Assembly (NCBI GenBank): GCA_964540865.1
Contig: CAZION010000016.1
Span: 2,914 to 66,913, forward strand
Direction of reading: 5' to 3'
Length of the DNA stretch: 64,000 nucleotides
Source: an uncultured Victivallis sp.
Lineage (GTDB): Bacteria > Verrucomicrobiota > Lentisphaeria > Victivallales > GWF2-50-93
The stretch's first letter is position 1, and each line of letters starts with the position of its first letter. Of the stretch, positions 38,376 through 49,578 are shown in pieces. The notes beneath the pieces were generated by a model. That model saw only the letters and a list, made by a program, of their open reading frames with translations. It made no database searches and was not told where the DNA came from. The position numbers were made by a program, and so were the translations under genes.

Positions 38376-39941
38376 CTAGAACTGGAACAGGATTGACTTG
38401 AGGTGGTTTTCCACGGTTCTTCCAACATGGACAATGGTGACTTCGCCAACCCGAAATGGTTCCGCCTTACTGTTCTTCTCAATCAGCTCAATAAGTTCCG
38501 TAGGCAAGAGGCTGTTCAGCTTCAATTCAAAAGGCAGTTTATTTCCATGCGCAATGGAACAGATATTCTGTTTCCTGTCGACAAGAACGAATCCAATATT
38601 TGTATCTTTAAACGCATCCTCAACATACTCCTGGATATCATCTATCTCATGCTGGAGATCGCTTGCCTTCTGCTCAAGCCTCCTGGTCTCTCTGGCATAT
38701 ACATTGTTCAGATAGTCCAAAAGCTTCTTCTTGTCATCAGTCTTAAGTTCCTTGAATTCGGAGTCAAGCTCTCGCTCGATCCGTTCAGCGAGAGGATGGA
38801 ATGCCTTGCTCATCTGCCTCTTCGGCTTCTTGGAGACAACACTCTGCTCTAAGTGTGCGATAAGCTCCTCCTCATGCAATCCCTTTTCCTTGACAATCTC
38901 CTTGATCCTGGTGAGAATGCGCTGGTCTGCACTGGACCCTGTGGCAACCTCCCTCATCATCTGCTCAGCCGCCTTCAGGGATTTTTCATGGCTCAGATAT
39001 TCACCTATAACCTTATCCGCCTTTGATTTTTCGGTGTAGGAAGAAACAACATCGGTGATCTTTTTTATGAAACGTACGGAAGCGCCGGACGAAAGGTTCT
39101 TGGATTTCCTCTTTAGTTCATGCTCAAGGGATATCATCGCGCCGCTTATAGTTTCATGTTCGTCGGCGAGGGATGGATCTTTTTTAGTCATCGCATCAGA
39201 TACCATACGGATATTGTATATCAGAGCCTCAACCATCGAGTCTTTGTCGTATTGCCCCTCTGTTCCAAGATGTTCAATAACCTTGATGATCTGGGCAGCC
39301 ATTTTTTCAGGATCATTTTTAATCTCGGAAAGGAGCTCCTTCTGATCCTCTGATTTCTCCATCATCTTGTTCAGGAAATACCTGAGAACCTCGGTCTTTG
39401 AATCCATCTCGGTACTTGTTTTACCCGAATAGATTTCAGATTTATTCACAATCTTCTCATCTTCGCTGATAACTCTGTAAACAGAGGTATTGAAGGTAAT
39501 GTGTTGGAGATTTTTTTCCTTTATTATCGCATCCACCCCACCTGCATCAGCTATCGCCTGGGGATCCTTGCAGAAAAAAATAAAGAAGGATACAAACTCG
39601 TCGTACGTCAGGCCCTTCCTGAACCTGATACTGTGAATATGAAGATTCTCGAAATGTTTAGAGAATTTTGAGACTGCGGGATTCCTCTCTTCGACAGGCA
39701 TGCCGAAGAAGAGAAGCTTTCCTTCAGCCAGGGATATGTTGACATCACCAAACTTTTCAAATACCGGCTGCAGTTCCTTCCATGCCTCCTGCATCTGTTT
39801 GATTGTCACAGGATGCGTTGGTGGATAGTATGCAAGCTGGGAATAGGTAAGACAAAGATTTTTCACAAATAGGACAGCATCGGCAACCGATGCGTTCAAG
39901 CCGTTGGACTGAATCTGAACATTTTTCCCGTCTTCAGCCAT
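38376..39941 (-). CDS. hypothetical protein (521 aa), globular N-domain, K/E-rich coiled-coil centre, small C-domain
   Basis: Long ORF with a coding-like composition. The N-terminus has YYPPTHPVTIKQMQEAW...GKLLFFGMPVEE...IHSIRFRKGLTYDEF, the centre is a K/E-rich helical region, and the C-terminus has FVLVDRKQNICSIAHGN. No family assignment. Confidence 0.6.
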   Translation of the reverse strand: MAEDGKNVQIQSNGLNASVADAVLFVKNLCLTYSQLAYYPPTHPVTIKQMQEAWKELQPVFEKFGDVNISLAEGKLLFFGMPVEERNPAVSKFSKHFENLHIHSIRFRKGLTYDEFVSFFIFFCKDPQAIADAGGVDAIIKEKNLQHITFNTSVYRVISEDEKIVNKSEIYSGKTSTEMDSKTEVLRYFLNKMMEKSEDQKELLSEIKNDPEKMAAQIIKVIEHLGTEGQYDKDSMVEALIYNIRMVSDAMTKKDPSLADEHETISGAMISLEHELKRKSKNLSSGASVRFIKKITDVVSSYTEKSKADKVIGEYLSHEKSLKAAEQMMREVATGSSADQRILTRIKEIVKEKGLHEEELIAHLEQSVVSKKPKRQMSKAFHPLAERIERELDSEFKELKTDDKKKLLDYLNNVYARETRRLEQKASDLQHEIDDIQEYVEDAFKDTNIGFVLVDRKQNICSIAHGNKLPFELKLNSLLPTELIELIEKNSKAEPFRVGEVTIVHVGRTVENHLKSILFQF

Positions 39942-40143
39942 GTAAACCTCGGGATTTACTCTGATTTAACATTCCTCTGGTCATAATTTACCCGGCCACC
40001 CTGCTTTTTTCAAGCCCAACAGGATCGGCTGATTCCGAGTTTACAGAGCTTCAAAACAGGCGTTTTTTAACCCGGACTTCTTTTAAGCCAATTGTTTTTT
40101 TGTAACGGAGCAGTACTTTTCATATCTTACAAAAGGAAGCTTT

Positions 40144-40767
40144 ATGCAAATGTTGAATTTCATCAAAAAAAAGAGAATACTTTTATCGCGTATTATTGTT
40201 GTCCTGATCACTGCGATTTTTTTATTCAGCGATCATTCGTGGCAGGACAAACCCTATCATTTCCTGATTTTTCAGTCTTTGGGAGGTCTTCTGGTAGGCA
40301 TTTGCATTCTTGGGCGTCTCTGGGCTGCATTGTACATTGCAGGCAATAAGACAAAAAACCTTATCTGCGAAGGCCCTTATTCAATGGTTCGCAATCCCTT
40401 GTATTTCTTCAGTTTTTTCGGTGCCATAGGGCTGGGACTGGCTACGGAAAACCTCCTAATCATCGGACTAATTGTAATCCTTTTCGTTATCTATTACCCT
40501 TTTGTGATCATTGGAGAAGAGAAAAAACTGATAGACGTACACGGGGAGGAGTTTTTGAACTATATGAAGCAAGTGCCGAGATTTATTCCGAATCCGTTCA
40601 AGCTTAAAGAACCTGAATTCTACAATGTAAACGTCAAAAAATATAAAATCGCATTCATTGATGCCATGGGCTTTTTCTCCGTATACATCTGTATCCAGAT
40701 CGTAAATATACTTCACGCAGGGAAAGTGCTTCCCGTATTCTGCTCAATCCCAAAATGCTTCTTCTGA
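40144..40767 (+). CDS. isoprenylcysteine carboxyl methyltransferase (ICMT/PEMT) family membrane protein
   Basis: The 207 aa multi-TM ORF has LICEGPYSMVRNPLYFFSFFGAIGLGL (GPYxxVRNPxY motif) and EEKKLIDVHGEEFLNY. Confidence 0.8.
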   Translation: MQMLNFIKKKRILLSRIIVVLITAIFLFSDHSWQDKPYHFLIFQSLGGLLVGICILGRLWAALYIAGNKTKNLICEGPYSMVRNPLYFFSFFGAIGLGLATENLLIIGLIVILFVIYYPFVIIGEEKKLIDVHGEEFLNYMKQVPRFIPNPFKLKEPEFYNVNVKKYKIAFIDAMGFFSVYICIQIVNILHAGKVLPVFCSIPKCFF

Positions 40768-40839
40768 TTTTATATTTCCCGTTTGGCGGGAAATATAAAA
40801 TAAATTCCACTTGGCAGCGGAACTGGATGATATGAAGAC

Positions 40840-40871
40840 AAAAAAAAGGCGGGAATTTCTTCCCGCTTTTC
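40840..40871 (-). terminator. rho-independent terminator after gap (potentially bidirectional)
   Basis: GCGGGAA (40849-55), loop TTTC, TTCCCGC (40860-66). It is flanked by A8 on one side and TTTTC on the other. On the - strand the hairpin is followed by CTTTTTTTT. Confidence 0.85.
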
Positions 40872-40894
40872 TTATTTAAAACTGTCAGTCTAAA

Positions 40895-41971
<1,077 letters not shown>

Positions 41972-42073
41972 TTAACTTGTAATTACATTGAGTTCTCTTA
42001 AAAATACCAAAAGCCTAATTATATACGTATCGATTTAAAATTCAAAGGCTTCTTGGTAAAAAATCAGCTTGAA

Positions 42074-43201
42074 TTAATTTACAAAGATTTCAACCTTCTT
42101 ATCCTTCTTCTCAGCCTCAATCTTTTCCTGGACTATCTGGGATGTTTTCTGTTTCTTCAACCCTTCGACAAGAAAAGCTTTGACATCCTTGAAAGGCGTA
42201 GTTCCGGCATCAATTTTTTCAGTGGCCTTGATTATGTGGTATCCGAATTCCGTTTCAACAACATCACTCATTTCACCGGGCTTGAGCGAGAATGCAGCTT
42301 TTTCGAATACCGGTGTCATCTTCCCTCTTTCAAATGCTCCAAGGTCTCCGCCTTTCTCTTTACTGGGGCATGCGCTGTTCTCAGCTGCGAGTTTCGCAAA
42401 GTCACCGCCCTGTTTCAGCTTGGCAAGTATGTCCTGGGATTTTTTAAGGGCCTGTTGTTTCAGGTCATCAGACGCTTTCTTTTTCTGTTCGTCGGACATT
42501 GCTTTGGCCTTCTCAGGGTCTAATTCATCGACTTTTATAAGTATGTGTGAGGCGCGGATGGTTTCAGGTTTCTTGAAACGTTCGAGATTTTCATTGTAGA
42601 ACTTCTCAGCATCCTCGTCGGAGACTTTTATATTTATTGCAACTTTCTCCTCAATCCATTTCTGAATTGCAAGACCAATTGCGATTCTACCCTTTATTGC
42701 TTCGGCGGTCATTCCCTGTTTAGCAAGTGTTTCCGCAAGCTGTTCTGGTGGAAGCTGTGCAGTAATTTTCTTAAATTCCTCTTCAGCCTTGACTGGATCG
42801 GGCTTGTAACCTTCGGCTTCCGCAAGTTTCAGCAACAGTTTTGTAGCTATCATGTCGTTAACTCTCTTCTTGACTTCTGTCTTCCAGACTTCCGGGGGGA
42901 TTGTGCCGAGCTGTCCATTTTCTTTCATCATTGCAATAACAGGCTTGAATTCAGCCATAATTTCAGTCTTTGTGATTTTTTCATCCCCGATTTTTGCAAC
43001 AAGATCAGGTACGAATGCTAGAGGATCAGCATTTGCATCCTTTGCAATGTCTCCGGCAGCTGGCTTTGCCGGCACATTAATAAATGGCTGCGGTTTTGTA
43101 GCTGGCGGTGCAGGCGGTGCAGTTTTCTCTTCTGCATTTACACAGTTGTATGAGGAGCAGAGGACTAATAACGCAAACATCATGCTTAATTCTTTTTTCA
43201 T
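42074..43201 (-). CDS. peptidyl-prolyl isomerase, SurA/PrsA-like parvulin (paralog of 8944..10086)
   Basis: The 375 aa ORF is collinear with the 8944..10086 product and highly similar to it (for example ...DPLAFVPDLVAKIGDEKITKTEIMAEFKPVIAMMKENGQL... and GGDLGAFERGKMTPVFEKAAFSLKPGEMSDVVETEFGYHIIK). RBS AAGGTAGGG lies upstream. Confidence 0.85.
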   Translation of the reverse strand: MKKELSMMFALLVLCSSYNCVNAEEKTAPPAPPATKPQPFINVPAKPAAGDIAKDANADPLAFVPDLVAKIGDEKITKTEIMAEFKPVIAMMKENGQLGTIPPEVWKTEVKKRVNDMIATKLLLKLAEAEGYKPDPVKAEEEFKKITAQLPPEQLAETLAKQGMTAEAIKGRIAIGLAIQKWIEEKVAINIKVSDEDAEKFYNENLERFKKPETIRASHILIKVDELDPEKAKAMSDEQKKKASDDLKQQALKKSQDILAKLKQGGDFAKLAAENSACPSKEKGGDLGAFERGKMTPVFEKAAFSLKPGEMSDVVETEFGYHIIKATEKIDAGTTPFKDVKAFLVEGLKKQKTSQIVQEKIEAEKKDKKVEIFVN

Positions 43202-43297
43202 TATTCCCTACCTTTGTTTTAGAAATTTTAATCTTCTTAAAAATGCATTTAGACAATATAGACAGATTATAAACGGTTTTGTTCCATCAAGCCTGAA

Positions 43298-45259
43298 TCA
43301 GCTTTCTGTCAGGGTCAGTTCTTCGCCCATGCGAACCAGCCGCGCACTGTTGAACAGAACCATTGTCGTGCTAACGGTGTGGAGGACAGCTGCTATGATT
43401 GGAGGGAGCATCCCGAATACGGAAAGACTTATTCCACCGACAATGAATATGAAACCTATAAGCAGATTCTGGTTAATTATTTTACCCGACTGCCTTGAGA
43501 GCTCTATCAGTAGAGGAATCCTGCGCAGGTCATTTGTCATAAGGGCAATTGATGCACTGTTTATTGCAATGTCGCTTCCGATTGCGCCCATCGCGATTCC
43601 AAGGTCGCCTGCGGCAAGTGCTGGAGCATCGTTTATCCCATCCCCAACAACTGCAACTGTGTAACTTTGTTTTACTTCTTTTACATATTCTACCTTGTCA
43701 TCAGGCAGGCATTCTGACCTGACATTTTCAATTCCAAGCTCAGTGGCCACAAGATCCGCCACTGATTTGCGATCTCCAGTAACCATTGCACAATGTTTAA
43801 CACCGACTTCCCTGAGGGATTTTATGGTTTCTGCAACTCCTTTCCTCACAGTGTCTCTGAATCCAATCCAACCAAGTGCTTTTCCGTTAATGGCTACATA
43901 AACAATACTCATGGCCCCGCCAGCAGTTTCATCTGGAGATTCAAGGGATGAAAGGTCTACGTTCTGAGACTTAAGCCATTCCGCCCTTCCTATTATCGCT
44001 TTTTTGCCATCCAGGACAGCTTCCACCCCTTTCCCATGAACCTCTCCAAATTTGTCTGCTTCTGTCAGAGGCAGGTTGGCGTCCTTTGCAAGTTTCTGAA
44101 GGGCAATTGCAGTCGGATGATTACTATGACTTTCAAGTGATGCCGCAACCTGTAAAAGGTCAGCAGGTTCAATTCCCGAGGCCGGAGCCAACCTAACGAC
44201 AGAAAGGGTTCCCTCAGTCAGGGTTCCTGTTTTATCAAATATTACCGCCCTAACCTTGGAGGCAAGTTCCAGATAGGATACATTTTTTATAAGAATACCA
44301 AGACGGGCCGCAGCTGCAAGGGCTGCGATGACTGCGGAAGGAGCTCCAAGAACAAGGGCGCATGGGCATGAAGCTACAAGAACAGAAATGACATTTCTCA
44401 TGTCACCGCCGGAGAACCACCATGTGAGCCCTGCAATCATCAGTATGGTCGGAGTATAATAACCGGCATAACGGTCAATCACCCTTACAATAGGCGGCTT
44501 GCTTGTTTCAGCAGCAAGAATCATTTCCTTAACTTTTCCAAGAGTCGTATCCTTCCCGACCTTTGTAACTTTGATGTCAATAACTCCTGTAAGGTTCTGT
44601 GTTCCTGCAAAAACATCATCGTCTATTTCCTTGTCTATCGGGAGGGATTCTCCAGTAATGGATGCCTGATTGACTGTGCTTGATCCCTTTGCAATTCCTC
44701 CGTCAACTGGAAAATTCTCACCGGGGCGGATGCGGATAACATCACCTATTGAGAGAGAGAGGACATCAACGTCAACTTCCTGTCCTTCTATTATCTTCCT
44801 GGCGGACCTGGGTGTAAGTTTGATTAGCTCCTCGATCGAACGCTGAGCGCCGCTAGCCGTTCTCGATTCAATGATGATTGCGATTAGTAGGAAGAAGGAA
44901 ATTATTCCTGCTGTCCTGAAATCACCCCCTGCGAGTGCGGCCAGAACTGCAAGTGCAACAAGCTCGTTCATGTAGACCTTGCCTTTTGCAAGGTCTTTGA
45001 ATGCGACGATAAAAATAGGAAGTGCTAAAATGACAGCTCCAAAAATGGCGCTGAGCTCAGCTGTAAAAACCTGATCCGGCTGAATCCATATCAATAAATA
45101 TGAATTAAGTGTGAAAAAACCGCCGACAAGGGCTACGCTGAGACGCCCCAAACTGCGATTATGCCCAGATCCGCCCGCTTCGTGATCATGATGATGATCA
45201 CAGCCGCATATCTCGCTGTGGGCGTCAAAAACCTTTTTCTCGGAGGTTAAGTCAGGCAT
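43298..45259 (-). CDS. heavy-metal translocating P1B-type ATPase (metal specificity unclear)
   Basis: The 653 aa ORF has a His/Cys-rich N-terminus (CGCDHHHDHEAGGSGHN), the TM6 motif SCPCALVLG, DKTGTLT, MVTGD and VGDGINDAPALA. The TM7/8 residues match neither the CopA (YN, MSxST) nor the ZntA (K, DxG) signatures as I remember them. Confidence 0.85.
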   Translation of the reverse strand: MPDLTSEKKVFDAHSEICGCDHHHDHEAGGSGHNRSLGRLSVALVGGFFTLNSYLLIWIQPDQVFTAELSAIFGAVILALPIFIVAFKDLAKGKVYMNELVALAVLAALAGGDFRTAGIISFFLLIAIIIESRTASGAQRSIEELIKLTPRSARKIIEGQEVDVDVLSLSIGDVIRIRPGENFPVDGGIAKGSSTVNQASITGESLPIDKEIDDDVFAGTQNLTGVIDIKVTKVGKDTTLGKVKEMILAAETSKPPIVRVIDRYAGYYTPTILMIAGLTWWFSGGDMRNVISVLVASCPCALVLGAPSAVIAALAAAARLGILIKNVSYLELASKVRAVIFDKTGTLTEGTLSVVRLAPASGIEPADLLQVAASLESHSNHPTAIALQKLAKDANLPLTEADKFGEVHGKGVEAVLDGKKAIIGRAEWLKSQNVDLSSLESPDETAGGAMSIVYVAINGKALGWIGFRDTVRKGVAETIKSLREVGVKHCAMVTGDRKSVADLVATELGIENVRSECLPDDKVEYVKEVKQSYTVAVVGDGINDAPALAAGDLGIAMGAIGSDIAINSASIALMTNDLRRIPLLIELSRQSGKIINQNLLIGFIFIVGGISLSVFGMLPPIIAAVLHTVSTTMVLFNSARLVRMGEELTLTES

Positions 45260-45265
45260 ATTTTA

Positions 45266-46408
45266 TTATTCCTTCTGCTTCTTTTCATTTTTCTGATACT
45301 TGGGTTCAGGATTGAGCATTATTCTGACTTCATGGCTGCCATCCGCACTTTCAGGAAGGATATATTTTTCCTTGACATTCTCAAGAAGATTTGAAATAGT
45401 GTCTGAATAAAGCGAGATGAGGACGGTCTTCGGATTCTTTTTATATTCTTCGAGAATCTTTTTGAAGTAAGTCTGCTCAGCCTCGATATTGGCGACAATC
45501 TCAATCCTGTAAACTTTAGCATCCGCCACTATTCTTGAAGCATCTGACTCCGCCTCCCCCTCGACCGTCACCGCATATGCACGGGCGTTCTGTTTTTCGG
45601 TTGCGCTTTGCTGTTCAGCCTCAATAACTTCCTGAAATGCAGGCACGGTGTTTAACGGTGCAGTTTTACTCTTAAGGTTGACATTTTCAACTTTCACACC
45701 GATATCCCATCTATCGATTGATTTCTCCAAAGCTTTTTTCACGTAGTCCATGTAGTCAAAGGATTTCTTGTAGAGAGCTGAGTCCACCTGTTGGGCTGCT
45801 GTTATTTTTATAACTTCATCTTCTAGAAGCGACTGGATAAGAGTCCTTGGACCGCGTGTTCCGATAATTTTACCGGTTTCAGAATTAACAAGCATTTCAT
45901 CCGGCCGCACAGGCTCCGGAGGGCAAGCGCATTTCAGGAAATATTTCAAAGGATCCGTAATCGTGTATATCAGTTCCCATTCCGTGTGAATAATATTTGC
46001 ATCCCCGGTTAGAAGATAGCCGTCTTTACCTGGGACAAGAGTGTTAGCGCCGGCCGGAGCTTCATTTTTTATAGCTTTCACATCGGCTTTATGCCAGTAG
46101 GTTGATAACGTGATCGTCTGTTTGCTCACAGGAATTCTGATAATCTTGCTAACTGGATAGGGGAATGTCCAATGCCAACCTTCCTTATACAGAGGGCCGA
46201 CTTTTCCAAAATGTTCGACAATTATGTTTTCCTGCGGATTAACGGTAAAATACCCCCCGAAGGTGAAATACCAGATTAACATGAACGCTATAATGCATGA
46301 TAGGATCACAAAAGAGATATGAAGCCCTTTTGTCAGCGCATTGATTCCAGCGCTGAAATGACTGTTGTCTTCATTCCCGACATGGTTGTGTTTATCAGAT
46401 TCCGGCAT
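45266..46408 (-). CDS. SPFH/band-7 domain membrane protein (HflK-like)
   Basis: The 380 aa ORF has one N-terminal TM, then NIIVEHFGKVGPLYKEGWHWTFPYPVSKIIRIPV, and later an EAEQQSATEKQNARAYAVTVEGEAE coiled coil typical of the SPFH C-terminus. Confidence 0.65.
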   Translation of the reverse strand: MPESDKHNHVGNEDNSHFSAGINALTKGLHISFVILSCIIAFMLIWYFTFGGYFTVNPQENIIVEHFGKVGPLYKEGWHWTFPYPVSKIIRIPVSKQTITLSTYWHKADVKAIKNEAPAGANTLVPGKDGYLLTGDANIIHTEWELIYTITDPLKYFLKCACPPEPVRPDEMLVNSETGKIIGTRGPRTLIQSLLEDEVIKITAAQQVDSALYKKSFDYMDYVKKALEKSIDRWDIGVKVENVNLKSKTAPLNTVPAFQEVIEAEQQSATEKQNARAYAVTVEGEAESDASRIVADAKVYRIEIVANIEAEQTYFKKILEEYKKNPKTVLISLYSDTISNLLENVKEKYILPESADGSHEVRIMLNPEPKYQKNEKKQKE

Positions 46409-46428
46409 AATTCAAATTACCTGAGATA

Positions 46429-47376
46429 TTATTTTTTCTTTTCTTTATTTTCTTCAGCTTTAAGGTTCTGGTCAAGCTTAAGCAAATCGAAGGGCGCATA
46501 ATTCGTGTTTAAAATAAGAGTTGTTTTGCTCGGGAGTATCTTGCGCATGGATTCGAGTTTCCTCAGGAATGCCGCAAGTTCAGGCTCTTCCTTGAATACC
46601 GCGTAATATGAGGCGGCCTTGGCATCACCCTCGGCTTTAATCCGTTTCGCCTGGGCTTCGGCTTCGGCAAGTTTCAGTTTCCGTGTGTTGTCGGCTTGGT
46701 TCCTCATAGTCTGCGCTTCTTTTTTCCCGTCTGCGCGATACTGTTCGGCGACAACATTACGTTCAGCTTTCATGCGGTTGAAAACATTCTCAGTATTCTT
46801 TTCAGGAAGCCCTAACGTTTTTATCCCAACATACTCGACCTCTATCCCATATTGGCCGAGAACTATCGGAGCAATGGTTTTCTTCATTTCCTGTTCTATT
46901 TCATCAAGTTTCATCTTTGAAGGATCCGTACTTACAAGTTCATCAAACTTATATTTACCAAATACTCCTGTTTTTACAGTTCTCATCTGGCTGTTCAGCT
47001 TATCCTCCGCCTGCGGAATTCCACCCAGGCTTCTGAAAAGCTTCTGAGGATCCGACACTTTGTAAACTACAAATATTTCAGCGATTACAGGCTGTCCGTC
47101 AGCAGTATTTGTCTCCTCTATCTTTCCAGTGTTGCCGTCAAAGCAGTGATACCTGTTGTCAAATCTGTGGATTTGCTGTACTGGATATGGCCAGCAGAAG
47201 TGAAGCCCTGCATCCTTAACTCCGGAAATTTTACCGAAAGTAGTGACAACCACTGTTTCTGTGGATTTAACCTGGAATGTAAAGATCGCCAGGAGGAATA
47301 TTACTGACACGATAAGGCCGAGAAGAAGTGTAGGCCAGTGTTTGAACATCATATTTGAATCCTTTGTTTCAGCCAT
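46429..47376 (-). CDS. SPFH/band-7 protein, HflC-like
   Basis: I prefer ATG 47376 behind GGAGGGA. It has a TM, then TETVVVTTFGKISGVKDAGLHFCWPYPVQQIHRFD...YGIEVEYVGIKTLGLPE...RMKAERNVVAEQYRADGKKEA (HflC pattern). Confidence 0.7.
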   Translation of the reverse strand: MAETKDSNMMFKHWPTLLLGLIVSVIFLLAIFTFQVKSTETVVVTTFGKISGVKDAGLHFCWPYPVQQIHRFDNRYHCFDGNTGKIEETNTADGQPVIAEIFVVYKVSDPQKLFRSLGGIPQAEDKLNSQMRTVKTGVFGKYKFDELVSTDPSKMKLDEIEQEMKKTIAPIVLGQYGIEVEYVGIKTLGLPEKNTENVFNRMKAERNVVAEQYRADGKKEAQTMRNQADNTRKLKLAEAEAQAKRIKAEGDAKAASYYAVFKEEPELAAFLRKLESMRKILPSKTTLILNTNYAPFDLLKLDQNLKAEENKEKKK

Positions 47377-47398
47377 TATAAATTCCCTCCGAATTACA

Positions 47399-49315
47399 TT
47401 ATTTCTGTTGTTCGCCAGTTTCGCCAAGACCTGCGTCTATAAGATCAAGACGCGCCTTCTCTTCAAAGTTAAATATATATACGTTTTTCGTGTCAGAATC
47501 TCCTATCACGATCTTCCGTATCTCATTGCAGTCCTTTTCAAAGAAATCCAAGTATGTCCTCAGCTTGTACATTTCGGGCATTATCCTGTAGGCTTCAAGC
47601 TGCTTTTTAAACCGCATCATTTCAGCTTCCGAAAGCTTGATGGAATTATCCCTTGATGTTTCAGCATCAGCTATGATTTTGGAAGCTTCAGCCTCGGCGT
47701 AGGGTAGAATTTTATTTTCATAGGCCTTTGCATTCAGTATCATCGCTTCTTTTTCCTGTCTAGCGCTGGCCACTTCCTCAAATGCAGGGGCAACCTTGTC
47801 AACAGGAGGATGTACGTCATGGAGGTTCAAGGAAACTATTTCAATCCCCAGTTTCAACTTATCGGCAGATTCCTGTATGCGTGAGGTCAGTAGAGACACC
47901 GCCTTGCCTCTTCCAGTCGACATTAGTTTCAGAATGTCAACGCTTGCCAGGTACTTGCTGATTTCCCTTTCAGAAACGGATTTCAGGAAAGTAGGGATGT
48001 CACAATTTCGGAATGCGAAATCAAGCACCTGGTTTTCCTTAGCCCTGTACTGAATGGTGAAAGTTGCCGACATATAGGATACAGGGTTTTCCTTATCTGT
48101 AGATTTCTTTTCAGCGGCAACAATAAACTTCTTTTCAGTTCCATAATGTTCGACTGTCCAAAGGACAACCTCGGGAGTTTTAACTTCCCCTTTTTCATTT
48201 GTAAGCTCAGCTCCTACCGTGATTTCAACAATTTTTTTCACAGGAACCCTGGTCATTTTCCCGAAGGGCCACGGTAGTTTCGGATATATTCCCTCGCTGA
48301 GAGGTTTTGCATCGATAATCCTTCCAAAATTCTCACGTATTCCAGCTTCCCCAGGCCCCACCTCGGATATGCATGTAAAAAGCCAGAAGGCAATAAGCCA
48401 CAGCAATACAAGAGGTATTATCGACTTCTCAAAGAACAGATAAATCCACGTCTTTGAAACTTTAAATCCAAACTGATAGTCAAGGGTGTCCGCCACATTC
48501 CTGATGAATCCTCCTGGCTCAGTAAAAAGTGAAAGTATGCGGCTTTCAAAAACAGGTCTTTCCTCGGCTGAAGTTCTCGGTCTGTAGAATTCGACGATGA
48601 AATTTAAAAGAAGTTCAATTCCAAGTATCATAGTTATTGCAAAAATGATCTTATTTATGGCAATGTCCCAGAGAGGTTTGTCGAACCTGTGCATGAAAAT
48701 TGCAAGAGTTGCCATCATTCCAAGAAGAGATGATAAGATTAGCCAGCCTCCAAGGGGCCTGAGCCAGCGGAAATTCTTCTCTCTTGACTGGCCGACGCAG
48801 AATATACCTGCGAAAATGCTTATGATTGCAAGCAATGCTGAAATAAATGCCGCCTGTGAAGGTTTTATTGGAACTTGCATGTCAACTCTTGCAGCCCAGA
48901 CTATTTTGAAAGATAATAGGATAACGCCAATTAATATGAAATTAAGGACGGCTATTACATATGGAGAAAATCTCTTGTAATTGCCAAGTGTTCTTGATGC
49001 CGAGAAAAGTACATCTTCCCCTGTTTCAAGCGCTTTTTTCTCCTTACGTTTCTCAAGTAATTTTTTATCTTCCTCCTCCTGAGCGGATTTTGCGCTCAGA
49101 AAACCCAGGACACAGGTGTTTACAGCTAGGATTAAGGAAATCAGATAAGGTATTATTAGAAGGGAAAAAGAATCAGACCCCATCCAAGGGGAAATGATTC
49201 CAATCCACAGTATGGAAATTCCAGAAAGTAAACAGTATATGCCGATTATCAGTGAAATGGTTTCCAGCTGCCTGGATTCGTCAATCTTCAACTGGATTTC
49301 TTTTTCCATCTTCAT
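47399..49315 (-). CDS. polytopic membrane protein with C-terminal SPFH/HflK-like domain
   Basis: The 638 aa ORF has ~8 predicted TM helices in the first ~330 aa, then GEAGIRENFGRIIDAKPLSEGIYPKLPWPFGKMTRVPV...LGIEIVSLNLHDVHPPVDKVAPAFEEVASARQEKE (SPFH). Confidence 0.65.
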   Translation of the reverse strand: MKMEKEIQLKIDESRQLETISLIIGIYCLLSGISILWIGIISPWMGSDSFSLLIIPYLISLILAVNTCVLGFLSAKSAQEEEDKKLLEKRKEKKALETGEDVLFSASRTLGNYKRFSPYVIAVLNFILIGVILLSFKIVWAARVDMQVPIKPSQAAFISALLAIISIFAGIFCVGQSREKNFRWLRPLGGWLILSSLLGMMATLAIFMHRFDKPLWDIAINKIIFAITMILGIELLLNFIVEFYRPRTSAEERPVFESRILSLFTEPGGFIRNVADTLDYQFGFKVSKTWIYLFFEKSIIPLVLLWLIAFWLFTCISEVGPGEAGIRENFGRIIDAKPLSEGIYPKLPWPFGKMTRVPVKKIVEITVGAELTNEKGEVKTPEVVLWTVEHYGTEKKFIVAAEKKSTDKENPVSYMSATFTIQYRAKENQVLDFAFRNCDIPTFLKSVSEREISKYLASVDILKLMSTGRGKAVSLLTSRIQESADKLKLGIEIVSLNLHDVHPPVDKVAPAFEEVASARQEKEAMILNAKAYENKILPYAEAEASKIIADAETSRDNSIKLSEAEMMRFKKQLEAYRIMPEMYKLRTYLDFFEKDCNEIRKIVIGDSDTKNVYIFNFEEKARLDLIDAGLGETGEQQK

Positions 49316-49578
49316 TTTATAAACAGCATTTCTGTTAAGAGCCCTATTCCTAAATTAAGGTGATAGGGTTCATTTATGGATTAGCCGAAAGAACAAATAA
49401 AACGCTTTCAAAACCACGAATATAGTGTGTAAGATTCATAATTCAAACAAATGAAACTGGTTTGTTTTTAGAAAAAAGCTGTCCATAATTTTGCAAAACA
49501 AGGTGATTTGCAAATAGATGTTTGCCAAAATATATTGGTTTTATAGTGCAATAGTTGAATTTCTGAGGTTCTGTATTC

